NCBI GenBank assembly: GCA_028282585.1
Contig: JANQHR010000040.1
Coordinates: 32,299 to 96,298, forward strand
From: Bacteroidales bacterium
GTDB taxonomy: Bacteria > Bacteroidota > Bacteroidia > Bacteroidales > UBA12077
DNA: 64,000 nt
Direction: 5' to 3'
Shown here piece after piece: positions 12,201 through 22,007 of this stretch (position 1 is its first letter; each line of letters begins with the position of its first letter). The position numbers and the translations under genes are program-made. Under the pieces are notes generated by a model. It was given only the letters and a program-made list of their open reading frames with translations, did not search any database and was not told the DNA's origin.

Positions 12201-12436
12201 GATATTAATGAAGCACTATCTTTTAAATCTTTTACATTTTCCTGCTCAAGCTCTCTTCTATAAAATTCGAGATAATTATCAAATAATCGCAAATACTCCT
12301 CAATAAGTTCGTTTTTGAGGTATCTTGCTAAATACGCTTCTACGATCTTTCTACCTTTGGCGGTAACTCCTTCCGGGTTCACATTTGCAACAATTGCAAA
12401 TAAGTGAATTAATGCATTTAATATTGATTCGCTCAT
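9287..12436 (-). CDS. ABCG/White-like ABC transporter (NBD followed by TMD) with an N-terminal TerB-like domain
   Basis: Walker A GGSGVGKST, signature ISGGQRKR, Walker B LFVDEPTSGL, H-loop IHQPS and C-terminal ABC2-type TM helices. The helical N-terminus (ILNALIHLFAIVA...) is TerB-like. Confidence 0.85.
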   Translation of the reverse strand: MSESILNALIHLFAIVANVNPEGVTAKGRKIVEAYLARYLKNELIEEYLRLFDNYLEFYRRELEQENVKDLKDSASLISFQIANVCSQIKKGLLRDERVIVFLELLEFVYEDHLITEQEFEFLKAVAKSFSLSESEFTNFRSFIFEGDPDKLDNDKVLVIDNQVREWSDNLAWLMKKKKSQEEEPYKHLFRENLYGKIVVFYIQSIQAFIFRYFGELNLYIEGQKIRYGRTYFLNKGAIIKGPNIESIYYYDIASKFILTSEETQITFEGKDVEFYFRNSKNGIQKFNFFEQSGQMIAIMGGSGVGKSTLLNLLCGKLKPTKGRIKINGHSVHLHSEGLTGLIGYVPQDDMLFEELTVFQNLYYNARLCFSDFTEQQLVEKVNSVMIDTDLYDARDLQVGNPLKKIISGGQRKRLNIALELMREPMLLFVDEPTSGLSSMDSMTIMNLLKEQAHKGKLVIANIHQPSSDIFKLFDKLWILDKGGYPIYQGNPVDAVVYFKTVTSLVNAAESECACCGNINPDQILQIIEEREINEYGKTIRKRKTQSETWYYRYLENIEKKIEPKQIETILPDSDFKIPNFVRQFQVFSMRNILSKLTNKQYLLINLLEAPLLALLLGYFTKYITPNGYVFGENKNLPVFLFMAVVVAIFLGLTVSAEEIIKDRKILERESFLNLSWFSYINSKIVILFTISAIQTFLYTLIGNTILEIHGMLIPFWLILFSAACMGNLIGLNISSGLDSVIAIYILIPLILVPKLLLGGAMIHFDDLHKGFTNKTYVPFIGNLMTTRWAYEAMMVEQFKNNEFEKIFYEDEKIISNADYKTSFLIPELQNKLNLCMRRKDSGLDSNALVRDLKIIRNELDIISLTEEGFSFQYNHLLNYNNFNENVMEQAYQALVRLDNLLSEKERDANDRKSAKYQQMVAELGQDGFVNFKQKYYNKKLADIVLNRNEINKVYQTRKRLVQKKDPVFMEPTSNFGRAHLYAPIKIINNIKVDTLWYNFILLWVLSGLLYLALLFDLLRRGLKYLQSLNFRERYLNRKRSKMQAGSGL

Positions 12437-12480
12437 TAATTTCTATTTGGAACAAAATTTAAGAAATAATCTGAAAAATA

Positions 12481-12511
12481 AAAAAAGCTCATGCATTAAA
12501 ACACATGAGCT
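12481..12511 (-). terminator. Intrinsic terminator after the lipoprotein gene
   Basis: Stem AGCTCATG/CATGAGCT followed by a U-tract on the minus strand. Confidence 0.65.
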
Positions 12512-12533
12512 GTTGATTATTTAAATAAATTAT

Positions 12534-13379
12534 TTAAAGAATAATCTTTTCTCTTAGTGCATTTGTTTGTTCAATTATGCTATTTAACTGTGCTTCAGTG
12601 ATACCTGTTTCATCTATACTATCAAATACTTCTTTGATAGGATTAAGGTCAGCTAATAATGTTTTAATTGACTCATGTTCTTTGTGTTCTTCCAACATTT
12701 TAACCAGTTTATCTAGCGAAGATTTTTGATGTAAAATAACTTTTACTAAATCAGGATTATGGTAAACTGTTTCAGAAATATTGCAAGAAATATACATAGC
12801 CTCGATCCATGTACCTGCCAATACAAGAAGCGATAAATCTTCTTTATTATTTCTTACCAGGTATTCATAAGTATCGTAAAAAGAGCCAGTAATTAAATCA
12901 ACTAAAACATCTTTGTTATCAATATTTTCTTCAACCTCATCGATAAAACTTATTGAAAATGCTCCTGTAATTCCAAGTTCAACAACTAAGTTCTCAAGAG
13001 CTTCCATATAAGTCATGATTTCCTGCCTCATATTATAAGTACTTGCATAACTTAAATCTGCACTATAAACACCTAAATTAATTGCCTGGTCCTTATCAGT
13101 AAAATATTTATCTATACTCTCGGTTTTATTTGTAATACCTATGATATAACTGGCTTCTATATCGTTAATCATTTCAGTTATTTCAAAAGCCGTAGGTAAT
13201 GGATATACTATCTCTCTCACATTTTCTTCGAATTCTTCTTTATCAATTTTTGACTCTGATAAAGATTCACTTGAAGTATCTTCTTTCTTACCTCCCGTAC
13301 AGTTAGCAAGAGACATCAACAATACTACTGATAATAATACTATTACTGATTTTTTGATGAAAAATTTTAATGTTTTCAT
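12534..13379 (-). CDS. Hypothetical alpha-helical lipoprotein
   Basis: Signal peptide with lipobox LANC; conserved-looking AINLGVYSADLSYA and GTWIEAMY segments. Confidence 0.75.
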   Translation of the reverse strand: MKTLKFFIKKSVIVLLSVVLLMSLANCTGGKKEDTSSESLSESKIDKEEFEENVREIVYPLPTAFEITEMINDIEASYIIGITNKTESIDKYFTDKDQAINLGVYSADLSYASTYNMRQEIMTYMEALENLVVELGITGAFSISFIDEVEENIDNKDVLVDLITGSFYDTYEYLVRNNKEDLSLLVLAGTWIEAMYISCNISETVYHNPDLVKVILHQKSSLDKLVKMLEEHKEHESIKTLLADLNPIKEVFDSIDETGITEAQLNSIIEQTNALREKIIL

Positions 13380-13484
13380 TGATCCTTATTTTTTAATTCT
13401 TTTTCTTTTATTTACTTTCCCGAAAAAAGTGGTTTATTTAACGCCTGAAATTTACAGTTTTTTTGTTTATTATCAATTCTAAAA

Positions 13485-14405
13485 TCAGAATAATTTTCTA
13501 TATCCAAAGCCCCAAAGCTCTATTCGTTTAGCAATATATCCAAAAATTAGGGTTGAAAAAAAAGTAAAAGACCCATAAACCACTGATACCATAGCCATCT
13601 CATAATTATTTAAAAGACTTTCTGCTATATAAATTCCCACAATACTGTTTTTTAATCCCACCTCAATACTTATCGTAAAGTTATTTTTTCCACCCAGCCT
13701 AAGGTATTTGGAAATTAAATAAACAATAAGCATTGAAACAAAATTTAATAGTAAGGCCCAAGGTGCAATGTATAAAAAATCGTTGAATCCATTTTCAGAA
13801 CCATTATCATCGAAGAATATCATTACAAAAAATACAGAAAATAGAATTAATGGCAGAATAAATCTTAAAGGTTTCTGAGCCTTAATTGCAAATTGAAAAA
13901 AGTATTGTCTTATAAACATTCCAAAAAGGGTGGGTAAAATAATTGTAAGAAGAATATTTAATATTGTATTTAAAACATCTAAATGTATTGTTTTAGCTTC
14001 GCCTAAAAATATTTCTAATCCTAGTTTAACTACTAAGGGTAAACTAACAAGTATAATTAAACTATTTAATGCTGTTAATGAAATTGAAAGAGCAAGATTG
14101 CCTTTCAACATGTGAGTAATAACATTTGTAGCTGAACCTCCTGCACATGCTGTAATAAGAATAAATCCGACCTTGATATATGGGTTTAAATTTGTAAATC
14201 CAAATAAAAGAAAAGCAACAAGTGGGAGAATAAATACCTGGCTAATAATCCCAGTCAGAACTGGCTTTGGATAACGCAAGATATTTCTGAAATCTCCTCT
14301 CTCCAGAGATAATCCCATTCCCATCATAATAATTGAAAGGGATAGGGGTAACAGGTATGTTGAAAAAAAAGACTGCATTTCTACGAAATTAATTAAGAAA
14401 CGCAT
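13485..14405 (-). CDS. Bile acid:sodium symporter (BASS) family transporter
   Basis: IMMGMGLSL, GGSATN, GNLALSISLT and EVGLKN motifs; about 9 TM helices. Confidence 0.9.
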   Translation of the reverse strand: MRFLINFVEMQSFFSTYLLPLSLSIIMMGMGLSLERGDFRNILRYPKPVLTGIISQVFILPLVAFLLFGFTNLNPYIKVGFILITACAGGSATNVITHMLKGNLALSISLTALNSLIILVSLPLVVKLGLEIFLGEAKTIHLDVLNTILNILLTIILPTLFGMFIRQYFFQFAIKAQKPLRFILPLILFSVFFVMIFFDDNGSENGFNDFLYIAPWALLLNFVSMLIVYLISKYLRLGGKNNFTISIEVGLKNSIVGIYIAESLLNNYEMAMVSVVYGSFTFFSTLIFGYIAKRIELWGFGYRKLF

Positions 14406-14434
14406 AATTATAAAATTCTGTTATACCAATTTAC

Positions 14435-14471
14435 AAAAAAAGAGAGGGATAAATATTTATCCCTCTCTTTT
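14435..14471 (-). terminator. Intrinsic terminator (perfect palindrome)
   Basis: AAAAGAGAGGGATAAATATTTATCCCTCTCTTTT just past the stop codon at 14488. Confidence 0.8.
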
Positions 14472-14487
14472 ACTAATATTTATGGTT

Positions 14488-15105
14488 TTATTTTTTGTAA
14501 TTTTTATCTTTAATTGTACAACCAATTGCTTTAGTAAAGTTTGGATCAGGTTTCTTTCCGTCAAGAACCGCCAAAACCGCGTCTGCTAAATAAGCTTTCT
14601 CAACAGCATTTGCATCTTTATAATTATCATCTATTGCTCCAATATAAGAAACAACAAAACCATTTTCTTTTTTACTCAATAAATAAACATGCGGTGTTCG
14701 CTTGGCTCCATAAATTTTGTATACCTCCTGAGTTTCATCTAATAAGTACGGGAACGTAAATCCTTTCTCCTTTGCCCTAATAATCATATTTTCATAAGAA
14801 TCTTTAGGTTGAATCTCAGGATCATTTGGATTTACAGCTATTACCGGATATCCTTTTTTACTAAATTTTTTATCCAAATCAATTATTCTATCCTCATAGG
14901 CAATAGCGTAAGGACAATGATTACAAGTAAAAATTACAATTGCTCCTTTGGTTGCTTTATCAAATTCAAATAATGAAACCATTTTACCGTCTATATTTTT
15001 AAGTTTAAAATCTGCGGCCTTATCTCCTACTTTATATCCATCTTGCGCATTTAAACCTAAAATGGCAAACATTAAAAACAAACCGGTTGTTAAAATTTTT
15101 TTCAT
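14488..15105 (-). CDS. Exported AhpC/TSA-type thioredoxin-family protein
   Basis: Signal peptide, [25 protein letters not shown] and AIGCTIK. Confidence 0.88.
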   Translation of the reverse strand: MKKILTTGLFLMFAILGLNAQDGYKVGDKAADFKLKNIDGKMVSLFEFDKATKGAIVIFTCNHCPYAIAYEDRIIDLDKKFSKKGYPVIAVNPNDPEIQPKDSYENMIIRAKEKGFTFPYLLDETQEVYKIYGAKRTPHVYLLSKKENGFVVSYIGAIDDNYKDANAVEKAYLADAVLAVLDGKKPDPNFTKAIGCTIKDKNYKK

Positions 15106-15132
15106 CGTTTTTTAGTTTAGTTAAACACTTAT

Positions 15133-15615
15133 TTATAAGAATTTTTTTAATTCTGTTTCTAAATCTTCATATTCGAATTCCTGCTCAAAAAAAGCTCTTT
15201 TTGTATTATTATAAATTAATGTTGCCGGAATTGCACCAGACCAATCTTGATTTACCAAATTAATCCAGGAATTACTATCCGGATCATCAAGTATTATAAT
15301 TTTTGATTTTATAGCATGTCTTTTTTTAAAATCAGATATTCTACCCTGAATGTTTTTACCAAAGTCAAGACTGACTAATATAATTTCAACATTCTTGTCA
15401 AGATATTCTTCATAAAGCTTATTAAACGCTGGCATTTCTTTTACACAAGGTCTGCACCATGTAGCCCAGAAATTAATTACATATACTTTATTATCCTTTT
15501 TTTCAAGTAATGGTTTGAATGAATCGAAACCTTCATAGACTTTAAAGTCTTGAGAATTAACATTAGTTATTCCTAACAATAAAAAGGAAAGTATTATTAC
15601 TAATTTTAGCTTCAT
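15133..15615 (-). CDS. TlpA-family thiol:disulfide oxidoreductase
   Basis: NFWATWCRPCVKEMP and GAIPAT; signal peptide. Confidence 0.9.
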   Translation of the reverse strand: MKLKLVIILSFLLLGITNVNSQDFKVYEGFDSFKPLLEKKDNKVYVINFWATWCRPCVKEMPAFNKLYEEYLDKNVEIILVSLDFGKNIQGRISDFKKRHAIKSKIIILDDPDSNSWINLVNQDWSGAIPATLIYNNTKRAFFEQEFEYEDLETELKKFL

Positions 15616-15741
15616 TTTTGCATGTTTTCAATGTATAACAGATTTATTATTAAATTGTTTTAAATTACTAATTATTGTTTAAACTTTCGGAAAAACAAAT
15701 TAGTCTAATTGTTAAATTTTATACCCTAAAATATTACAACT

Positions 15742-18357
15742 ATGTCAAAAAAAATCCTCGTTCATCCATGGTGTTATGTATTTTTCGCTTTTGCGTTTAT
15801 TTTCTTTTCTTCTTCTGTATCTGCACAAAACTCAATTCCTACTCCGGAAAGTCATTTTGGTTTTGTTCCCGGTACCGATCGTATGCTTTTTAATTACGAC
15901 CCCTTAATAGATTATTTAAAAAAGCTCGAAAATGTTTCTCCAAAAATCAGAACGGAAGAAATTGGAGTTTCTCCAATGGGAAAAACTATGTATGTAACTT
16001 TCATTTCTTCTGAAAAGAATATCAACAACCTGGAAAAGTTAAAAAAGATAAATAAAGAACTAGCATTAAACTATGATTTAAGCCCGGAAAAATATAGTGA
16101 ATATGTTAAAGAAGGTAAGGTATTCTTTTTATTTACTCTTTCGATGCACTCAACCGAAGTTGGGCCAACGCAAGCATTACCAAACATAGCTTATAACCTG
16201 TTAACAGCTACTGACAAAAAAACGTTAGATATGCTGGATAATGTAGTTTATATGGTAGTGCCAAATCACAATCCTGATGGAATGGATATGGTGGTTAATC
16301 ATTATAACAAATACAAAGGAACTAAACATGAAGGTTCTTCAATGCCGGGAGTTTATCATAAATATGTTGGTCATAATAACAATCGCGATTTTGTTGCATT
16401 AACTCAAAGCGACACCAGAGCTATTGCTAACTTATACAATAAAGATTGGTTCCCACAAGTTATGGTAGAAAAACATCAAATGGGTTCACGCGGCCCTCGG
16501 TATTTTATATCACCTCCGCATGATCCAATTGCTGAGAATATTGATGCAGGGTTATGGAATTGGATGAAAATATTTGGTTCAAATACAATAACTAAAATGA
16601 CAGATGCAGGGTTAACCGGAATAGCACAAAATTATTTGTTTGATGATTATTGGCCAGGTGCTACCCAAACCTGTCTTTGGAAAAACGTTATTGGTATGCT
16701 CTCGGAAGGTGCCAGTGTAAAACATGCTACACCTATTTATATAGAACCAAACGAATTAAGTGTTATTGGTAAAGGTTTGGGAGAGTATAAAAAAAGTATA
16801 AACTTAGTTGAACCCTGGAAAGGCGGATGGTGGCGTTTAAGTGACCTTGTTGAATATGAAACGGTTTCTACAATGGCATATCTTGAAACTGCTTCTTTGC
16901 ACAAAGAAGAAATTTTAAAATTTAGAAATGAAATTTGTAAAAGAGAAGTAAATAAAGGTTTAAATGAGCCTCCATATTTTTACATATTTCCAAAGGAACA
17001 ACATGATCAAAGTGAATTAGTAAATTTAGTAAACCTTTTGGATGAGCACGGAGTAAATGTGTTTGAGCTTACCAAAGATTTAAAGATAAAAAATACGATT
17101 TTTAAAAAAGGCGATGTGATTGTTCCTTTAGCACAACCATTCAGAGCTTTTATCAAAGAAGTTCTTGAAAAACAAGTTTTCCCTGCCAGACATTATACTC
17201 CGGGCGGAGAAATGATAAAACCTTATGATATTACCTCATGGTCCCTACCCCTGCATAAAGGAGTTCATGTTTTTGAAATTAATGAAAATCCGGAAGTATT
17301 TCAGGGAAATTTTTCGGAAGTAAAATTACCATACAGTTTATATAAGCCTTCAAATAATGATTATAATTCGATTATCTTAAGTGCACAAAACAACAACAGT
17401 TATAAAGCTGCTTTTAAAGCCCTTAAAATAGGATTAAATGTTAGGCAATTGCAAGAACCTTATTTAGATTACCCTATTGGAAGCTTTGTAATCGATAAAT
17501 CTAAAAATATAAATCAAGTTTTAGACGAAATCAATTTTACTCCAGCGTATGTTAACCAAAAAATAGATTTGAAAACACGTGAATTAAAATTACCAAGAAT
17601 ATATTTGCTTGAAACTTATTTTCATGCCATGGATGCAGGCTGGACAAGGTTTATTTTTGACTCATATAATATTCCTTTTAAAACCATTAAGCCTACAGAC
17701 GTTAAAAGCATTGATTTTGAAAAAAACTGTGATGTCCTGATTATTCCTGATGAGAGTAAATCGGCATTAATAAGTGGAAATTATAACTCAGAAGGAAATA
17801 GATACTTTTTAAAATATCCACCTGAATATATGAAAGGGATGGAACAAAAGGGACTTGAGAAAATTTTGAAATTCATTCATAACGGTGGCAAAGTAGTTGC
17901 ATGGCGCGAAGCAACAGAATTATTCTCCGGAATTCAAAAGTACTCAATAAATGATAAAGAAAAAGAAGAGTTTGAATTTCCTGTTAAAGATGTCTCAAAA
18001 CAACTTGTTAAAGATGGCTTCTTTTCTCCCGGTTCGTTACTTAGAATTAAACTTAAAGCAGATCACCCTATTACTTATGGGATGCCAAATGAAATAGGTG
18101 TTTTTCATAGAAATGGGCCGATTTTCAGAACATGGCAGCCATATTTTGATGTAGATAGAAGAGTTATTGCTACTTTCCCTGAAAAAAATATTTTGTTAAG
18201 TGGTTTTATTAAAAATGAAGAAAAAATTGGAAATAAGACTTCAATTGTTTGGATGAAAAAAGGTAAAGGCGAAGTTGTACTATTCAGCTTTAATCCACAA
18301 TTTAGAGCTTCAACACCTGTAAGCTATAAACTATTATTTAATTCATTATTACTATAG
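15742..18357 (+). CDS. Secreted M14-family zinc carboxypeptidase with a C-terminal GATase-like domain
   Basis: HxxE (SMHSTE), NPDG, NNRD and EKHQMG motifs; signal peptide; MDAGWTRFIFD. Confidence 0.85.
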   Translation: MSKKILVHPWCYVFFAFAFIFFSSSVSAQNSIPTPESHFGFVPGTDRMLFNYDPLIDYLKKLENVSPKIRTEEIGVSPMGKTMYVTFISSEKNINNLEKLKKINKELALNYDLSPEKYSEYVKEGKVFFLFTLSMHSTEVGPTQALPNIAYNLLTATDKKTLDMLDNVVYMVVPNHNPDGMDMVVNHYNKYKGTKHEGSSMPGVYHKYVGHNNNRDFVALTQSDTRAIANLYNKDWFPQVMVEKHQMGSRGPRYFISPPHDPIAENIDAGLWNWMKIFGSNTITKMTDAGLTGIAQNYLFDDYWPGATQTCLWKNVIGMLSEGASVKHATPIYIEPNELSVIGKGLGEYKKSINLVEPWKGGWWRLSDLVEYETVSTMAYLETASLHKEEILKFRNEICKREVNKGLNEPPYFYIFPKEQHDQSELVNLVNLLDEHGVNVFELTKDLKIKNTIFKKGDVIVPLAQPFRAFIKEVLEKQVFPARHYTPGGEMIKPYDITSWSLPLHKGVHVFEINENPEVFQGNFSEVKLPYSLYKPSNNDYNSIILSAQNNNSYKAAFKALKIGLNVRQLQEPYLDYPIGSFVIDKSKNINQVLDEINFTPAYVNQKIDLKTRELKLPRIYLLETYFHAMDAGWTRFIFDSYNIPFKTIKPTDVKSIDFEKNCDVLIIPDESKSALISGNYNSEGNRYFLKYPPEYMKGMEQKGLEKILKFIHNGGKVVAWREATELFSGIQKYSINDKEKEEFEFPVKDVSKQLVKDGFFSPGSLLRIKLKADHPITYGMPNEIGVFHRNGPIFRTWQPYFDVDRRVIATFPEKNILLSGFIKNEEKIGNKTSIVWMKKGKGEVVLFSFNPQFRASTPVSYKLLFNSLLL

Positions 18358-18380
18358 AGATTTAAAATCATGGTATAAGT

Positions 18381-18416
18381 AATCAGACCAAAGTATATAC
18401 TTTGGTCTGATTTTTT
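18381..18416 (+). terminator. Intrinsic terminator (perfect palindrome)
   Basis: AATCAGACCAAAGTATATACTTTGGTCTGATT followed by a T-tract after the M14 gene. Confidence 0.8.
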
Positions 18417-18422
18417 CGTACA

Positions 18423-20657
18423 ATGCATTATAATTTTTATATTTATAAGATGAATTTAAAAAAGTGGAAATATATTGCTATTCTGGTTCTGGTTTTAATT
18501 AATTCTAACATATATTCACAAAATAAACAAGACAGCCTTTCTGCATTCAGTTTGAACTCAGGTTCTTTAAATGCTGCCATTGAATTAATCGACTTATCGG
18601 AGCATCATTATACAAGAGGAAACTTAACCAAAGCCATTGTACTTAGTTTCGATGCTTTATCAATAGTAGAGAATAATAATTCAACAGAGTTATTATTCAA
18701 TATATATATTAATTTAGGTAAAATTTATCTGGTTCTTAAAGATTATGAAAAATCATATTATTATATTAATCGGGCTTACCTCATCTCCTTAGAAACAGAA
18801 AAACATGATTTAAAAATCAATTCAATTAATAATCTTACAACATTTTATTATAAGATTAATGAAATTGACAGTGCCTCTAAATATTCAAACATCGCTTCAT
18901 CAAAATATGACATTAGTAATTATGGAGATAATTTAGCCCAAACCCTGCACAATCAGGCTCTGGTATTTAAATATTATCGTAAATATGAAGATGCAATTAA
19001 TTCGTTTAAAAAATCCATTGAAATTTGTAAAAATGAAAATAATAACCTTCTGCTGTTAGAAAACTTTATTTCGCTAAGCGAAACATATTTACTTTTAGAA
19101 GAAATTACAAAAGGAGAAATTTACATTAACAAATGCTTGGTAATTTTAGATAATCATACCCTTTTAAATGAATATAAAGTATATAAAGTATTATCAAAAA
19201 TATATCAAACCAAAGGATTTTATAAAGAATCCTTACAGAATTATCAAAAATATGTAAATTTAAAAGACTCTGTTTTACATTCATCATTGATTAAAAATGT
19301 TGCAAATTTAAAAACCACTATCGATTTACGTAAAAGAATAAATGCAATAAATTCATTATCAAAAACAAACGAAAATCAAAAAGCTTTTATTTCAAAACAA
19401 CAAAAGAATAAACTTATTCTTATTGCTGTATCTCTTATATTTATTTTACTTATTGTAATTCTAATTTTATTATTTAATGGAAAACAAAAAGCAAATAAAA
19501 TATTAAAGAAACAAAATGAACTTATTAGAGCAAATAATATTGAGATTAAGCAAAAAACAAATCATCTTACAGAAGTTAATCGTGAATTAGAAAAATTAAG
19601 TATTGCAGCAAGCCAAACAGACAATGCCATACTTATTACAAATACAGAGGGTGAAATTGAATGGATAAACGAAGGATATACAAGACTATACGGATATTCC
19701 TTAAACGAACTAATTCAAGAGAAGGGAAAAACTTACAAACAAACAATATCAAATACTGATATTCATTCTATTGTTGAAAATGTAATAAAAGAAAAAAAAT
19801 CACAGATTTTTGAAGCAAAAGTAGGCTCAAAACAAGGAAAAACATATCGAATAAACACGACATTAACCCCCATTTTGGATTCAAATAATGAAGTAATAAA
19901 ACTAATTGCAATTGATTCGGATGTAACTAAATTAAAAGAAGTTGAAGAAGAGTTACAAAAGCTTTTAATTACTAAAGATAAATTCTTTTCAATTATAGCC
20001 CATGATTTAAAAAATCCTTTTAACTCCATTATGGGATTAGCGCAACTCTTGGTTCATGGTTATGATCGATTAAGTGAAGAAAAAATAAAATACTATCATA
20101 GTAATTTATACCAAATCTCAAAAAATGGATATGAATTATTAATAAATCTTTTGGAATGGTCGAGATCCCAAATGGGAACCATGCAATTTATACCAACTGA
20201 AATAAATCTATGTTCAATGGTAGAGGAAACTTTTTCCTTATATAAAGGAAAAGCTGCTCAAAAGGAAATAACACTAACAAATGGTGTTAGGAAAGAATCA
20301 ACTGTTCATGCTGATCAAAACATGTTAAAAACGATTTTAAGAAATTTAGTATCTAATGCTTTAAAATTTACAGATCGCGGCGGTGCAGTTGAAATTATCG
20401 AGAATAATTTTAAAGAATATAAGGAAATCACAGTTCGGGATACCGGAATAGGTATAGAACCGGAAGATTTAAAAAAGCTTTTTGAGTTAGATAAAGGTTT
20501 TACAACAGTGGGAACTGAAGAAGAAATGGGCACCGGATTAGGATTAGTTCTTTGTAAAGAATTTATTGAAAAACATACCGGTAAAATGCGGGTTGAGAGT
20601 AAAGTAGGTTTTGGTTCAAAATTTATTTTTACGCTTCCGGTTAAATCAAATATTTAG
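18423..20657 (+). CDS. Membrane histidine kinase (periplasmic TPRs, TM helix, PAS, HisKA, HATPase)
   Basis: TPR-like helices, a TM helix at about aa 331-352, PAS (IEWINEGYTRLYGY), H-box AHDLKNPF, N-box NLVSNALKF and G boxes. Confidence 0.92.
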   Translation: MHYNFYIYKMNLKKWKYIAILVLVLINSNIYSQNKQDSLSAFSLNSGSLNAAIELIDLSEHHYTRGNLTKAIVLSFDALSIVENNNSTELLFNIYINLGKIYLVLKDYEKSYYYINRAYLISLETEKHDLKINSINNLTTFYYKINEIDSASKYSNIASSKYDISNYGDNLAQTLHNQALVFKYYRKYEDAINSFKKSIEICKNENNNLLLLENFISLSETYLLLEEITKGEIYINKCLVILDNHTLLNEYKVYKVLSKIYQTKGFYKESLQNYQKYVNLKDSVLHSSLIKNVANLKTTIDLRKRINAINSLSKTNENQKAFISKQQKNKLILIAVSLIFILLIVILILLFNGKQKANKILKKQNELIRANNIEIKQKTNHLTEVNRELEKLSIAASQTDNAILITNTEGEIEWINEGYTRLYGYSLNELIQEKGKTYKQTISNTDIHSIVENVIKEKKSQIFEAKVGSKQGKTYRINTTLTPILDSNNEVIKLIAIDSDVTKLKEVEEELQKLLITKDKFFSIIAHDLKNPFNSIMGLAQLLVHGYDRLSEEKIKYYHSNLYQISKNGYELLINLLEWSRSQMGTMQFIPTEINLCSMVEETFSLYKGKAAQKEITLTNGVRKESTVHADQNMLKTILRNLVSNALKFTDRGGAVEIIENNFKEYKEITVRDTGIGIEPEDLKKLFELDKGFTTVGTEEEMGTGLGLVLCKEFIEKHTGKMRVESKVGFGSKFIFTLPVKSNI

Positions 20658-20750
20658 AAATCACCTTTTATTTAGCTTATATTAAATTTCTATCTCTTTT
20701 ATGCCTCTGTAAAAAATATTTTATACATTTATTTTTTAATTTTTAATCTT

Positions 20751-21812
20751 ATGAAAGAACCCTTAGCTCCCTTTAGTTGTACTTACAGCCCAAATGTACC
20801 CGAATTACTAAAAGATTTAAATATTTCTCTTGCATTAAGTACTTACCAGGCCGGTAAAGTAGTTTTTCTTTCGGCAACAGATAGAGAAAAAATGATTCAA
20901 CTCCCACGCAACTTTGAAAAGGCCATGGGAGTTGCCATTTATAAAAATAAAATGGCTATAGCATCAAAAGATGAACTTACAATTTTAGCAAATGCACCAA
21001 TTTTAGCAAAAGAATATCCTCCCAAACCGGGTGTTTACGATGCTCTTTATTTACCAAGATTAACATATTATACCGGACAACTTGCATTACACGATACTGC
21101 TTGGACCAAAAACGGATTAGTTTCGGTTAATACGAATTTTTCTTGTTTATCGGTTTTTGATTCTGAATTTAGTTTTAAACCCATTTGGAAGCCACCTTTT
21201 ATTACCGAATTACACCCCGAAGACAGATGTCACTTAAATGGTATGGCTGAACAAAATGGAGAAATAAAATATGTAACTGCATTAGGAAATTCAAATCAAC
21301 CTCAAGGTTGGAGAGAAAATAAAATGAATGGAGGAATTTTAATGAATGTTCCGGAAGGCAAAGTTATTCTGGATAAATTACCTATGCCTCATTCACCACG
21401 AATTTATAATAACAAACTTTATATGCTTTTATCTGCTGCTGGTGAATTAATTGAAGTAAACCCTGAAAAGGGAACCTATGAAACTTTAGTTAAAATTGGT
21501 TCATTTGCCCGTGGAATGGCAAAATTCGGTGATTATCTTTTTATCGGAACCTCTAAGTTAAGACATAACACTTCAGCATTTAAAGATCTTCCAATAGCAA
21601 AAACATCCGTAGCTGGAATTAAAATAATCTACTTACCTTATAAAAATATTATTGGAGCAATCGAATATCAAACAAGTGTTGAAGAAATTTATGATGTTCA
21701 GGTATTGCCCGGGATTAACCGTCCAAACATAATAAATCATAATCAGGATGTTCACAAATTAGGATTAGTTAGCCCGGATAATTCTTATTGGGCCAAAGTT
21801 GAAAATAAATAA
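20751..21812 (+). CDS. TIGR03032 / DUF4915 family protein
   Basis: Family-typical motifs STYQAGK, VNTNFSCL, SFKPIWKPPFI, PEDRCHLNGMA, MPHSPR and EEIYDVQ. Confidence 0.88.
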   Translation: MKEPLAPFSCTYSPNVPELLKDLNISLALSTYQAGKVVFLSATDREKMIQLPRNFEKAMGVAIYKNKMAIASKDELTILANAPILAKEYPPKPGVYDALYLPRLTYYTGQLALHDTAWTKNGLVSVNTNFSCLSVFDSEFSFKPIWKPPFITELHPEDRCHLNGMAEQNGEIKYVTALGNSNQPQGWRENKMNGGILMNVPEGKVILDKLPMPHSPRIYNNKLYMLLSAAGELIEVNPEKGTYETLVKIGSFARGMAKFGDYLFIGTSKLRHNTSAFKDLPIAKTSVAGIKIIYLPYKNIIGAIEYQTSVEEIYDVQVLPGINRPNIINHNQDVHKLGLVSPDNSYWAKVENK

Positions 21813-22007
21813 TCCATTGTTAAGGTTTTGTTAAGGTATTCATTTATGCTTCATTCTAAGATAAAGGTATTTTTATCATTACAATAGTTTTGCATCTTTT
21901 ATTCTTTAATTAAAAGTTAATCAAGAATTTACATCAAATGTTGAAATTTTGATTAACTTAGTATTCAAATGACTAAAAATTTTATTCTATAACTATAATT
22001 ACTGCTT

